A stretch of DNA of 55,237 bases from IMG/VR virus record IMGVR_UViG_3300020201_000024, positions 1 to 55,237 of that record. One strand, given 5' to 3'. Below are positions 54,624-55,237 of this stretch, piece after piece (positions within the stretch are counted from its first letter, which is position 1; the number at the start of each line of letters is the position of its first letter). Both the position numbers and the translations under genes were made by a program. The notes under the pieces were generated by a model that did not search any database, had not been told where the DNA came from, and saw only the letters and a program-made list of their open reading frames with translations. The DNA comes from a virus. Lineage: Duplodnaviria; Caudoviricetes.

Positions 54624-55237
54624 ATGAAATTTAAATTTACAGACGAGACCAAGACTAGCCTCACCGGTGAAACTATTTACCGCATTGAAGCTATTGAGGA
54701 TATCCCTAGCCAAAGGGTTAAAGTTGGAGACAAAGGGGGATTTGTTGGTAAATCTGCTCAGGTAACGGGTGATGCATGGGTGTCCGGCAACGCCCGAGTG
54801 TACGGCAACGCCCACGTGTCCGGCAACGCCGAAGTGTCCGGCGACGCCCACGTGTACGGCGACGCCCACGTGTACGGCAACGCCCACGTGTCCGGCTACG
54901 CCTTTGTGTCCGGCAACGCCCAAGTGTCATCCACCGCCCAAGTGTCCGGCGACTCCCTTGTGTCCGGCAACGCCCAAGTGTACGGCAACGCCCTTGTGTG
55001 CGGCGACGCATGGGTGTCCGGCAACGCCTGCGTGTCCGGCGACGCCCACGTGTACGGCGACGCCCACGTGTACGGCAACGCCCGCGTGTACGGCGACGCA
55101 TGGGTGTCCGGCAACGCCCAAGTGTCATCCACCGCCCGTGTGTACGGCAACGCCCGCGTGTACGGCATCGCCCAAGTGTCCGGCGACGCCATTGTGTCCG
55201 GCTACGCCCGTGTGTACGGCGACGCCGAAGTGTCCGG
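54624..55237 (+). CDS. Hexapeptide-repeat beta-helix protein (runs off the end; 219 aa, 26 units if joined to 146-191)
   Basis: MKFKFTDETKTSLTGETIYRIEAIEDIPSQRVKVGDKGGFVGKSAQVTGDAW followed by repeats; frame open to the window end. Confidence 0.88.
   Translation, partial: MKFKFTDETKTSLTGETIYRIEAIEDIPSQRVKVGDKGGFVGKSAQVTGDAWVSGNARVYGNAHVSGNAEVSGDAHVYGDAHVYGNAHVSGYAFVSGNAQVSSTAQVSGDSLVSGNAQVYGNALVCGDAWVSGNACVSGDAHVYGDAHVYGNARVYGDAWVSGNAQVSSTARVYGNARVYGIAQVSGDAIVSGYARVYGDAEVS

Noticed and set aside
1-55237. Canonical diversity-generating retroelement
   Set aside because: No reverse transcriptase ORF, Avd-like gene or TR/VR pair differing only at adenines was found; some variable positions are not adenines.
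1-55237. Site-specific invertase/shufflon or integrase
   Set aside because: No tyrosine or serine recombinase motifs were recognised in any ORF.
1-55237. Stop-codon reassignment
   Set aside because: Core genes are full length and tightly packed under the standard bacterial code; no suppressor tRNA was seen.

Overview
This window looks like an essentially complete ~55 kb dsDNA tailed-phage genome with podovirus-like morphogenesis genes: terminase, portal, scaffold, capsid, adaptor, nozzle-like protein, three probable ejection proteins and two fibre modules, with no tape measure or sheath gene recognised. The assembly is broken inside a repeat gene, and the two ends share 126 bp. It carries a family A DNA polymerase, a RepB-type primase fused to a DnaB-like helicase, a T4-like recombination set (RecA/UvsX, UvsY-like, SbcCD/gp46-47-like, UvsW-like helicase), a holin, a GH24 endolysin and a tRNA-Asn. 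No integrase, RNA polymerase or reverse transcriptase was recognised. A delta-60-like repeat protein and a sigma54-type promoter weakly suggest a deltaproteobacterial or Bdellovibrionota-type host (inference). The most striking feature is a family of at least five hexapeptide-repeat (V-x-G-x-A-x) beta-helix gene cassettes in two oppositely oriented tandem arrays. They have a constant head and tail, 16-37 variable repeat units, almost no synonymous variation, and a tail that encodes the ribosome-binding site of the next cassette, which suggests a recombination-driven diversification system. Other leads are a shared [FMY]-A/K-x-G-G motif in four probable virion-internal proteins, a conserved GGGCACTATATCCAT element before late genes, and a ~330 nt highly structured non-coding region with its own promoter. 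All product calls come from recognising motifs by eye; no database searches were run.
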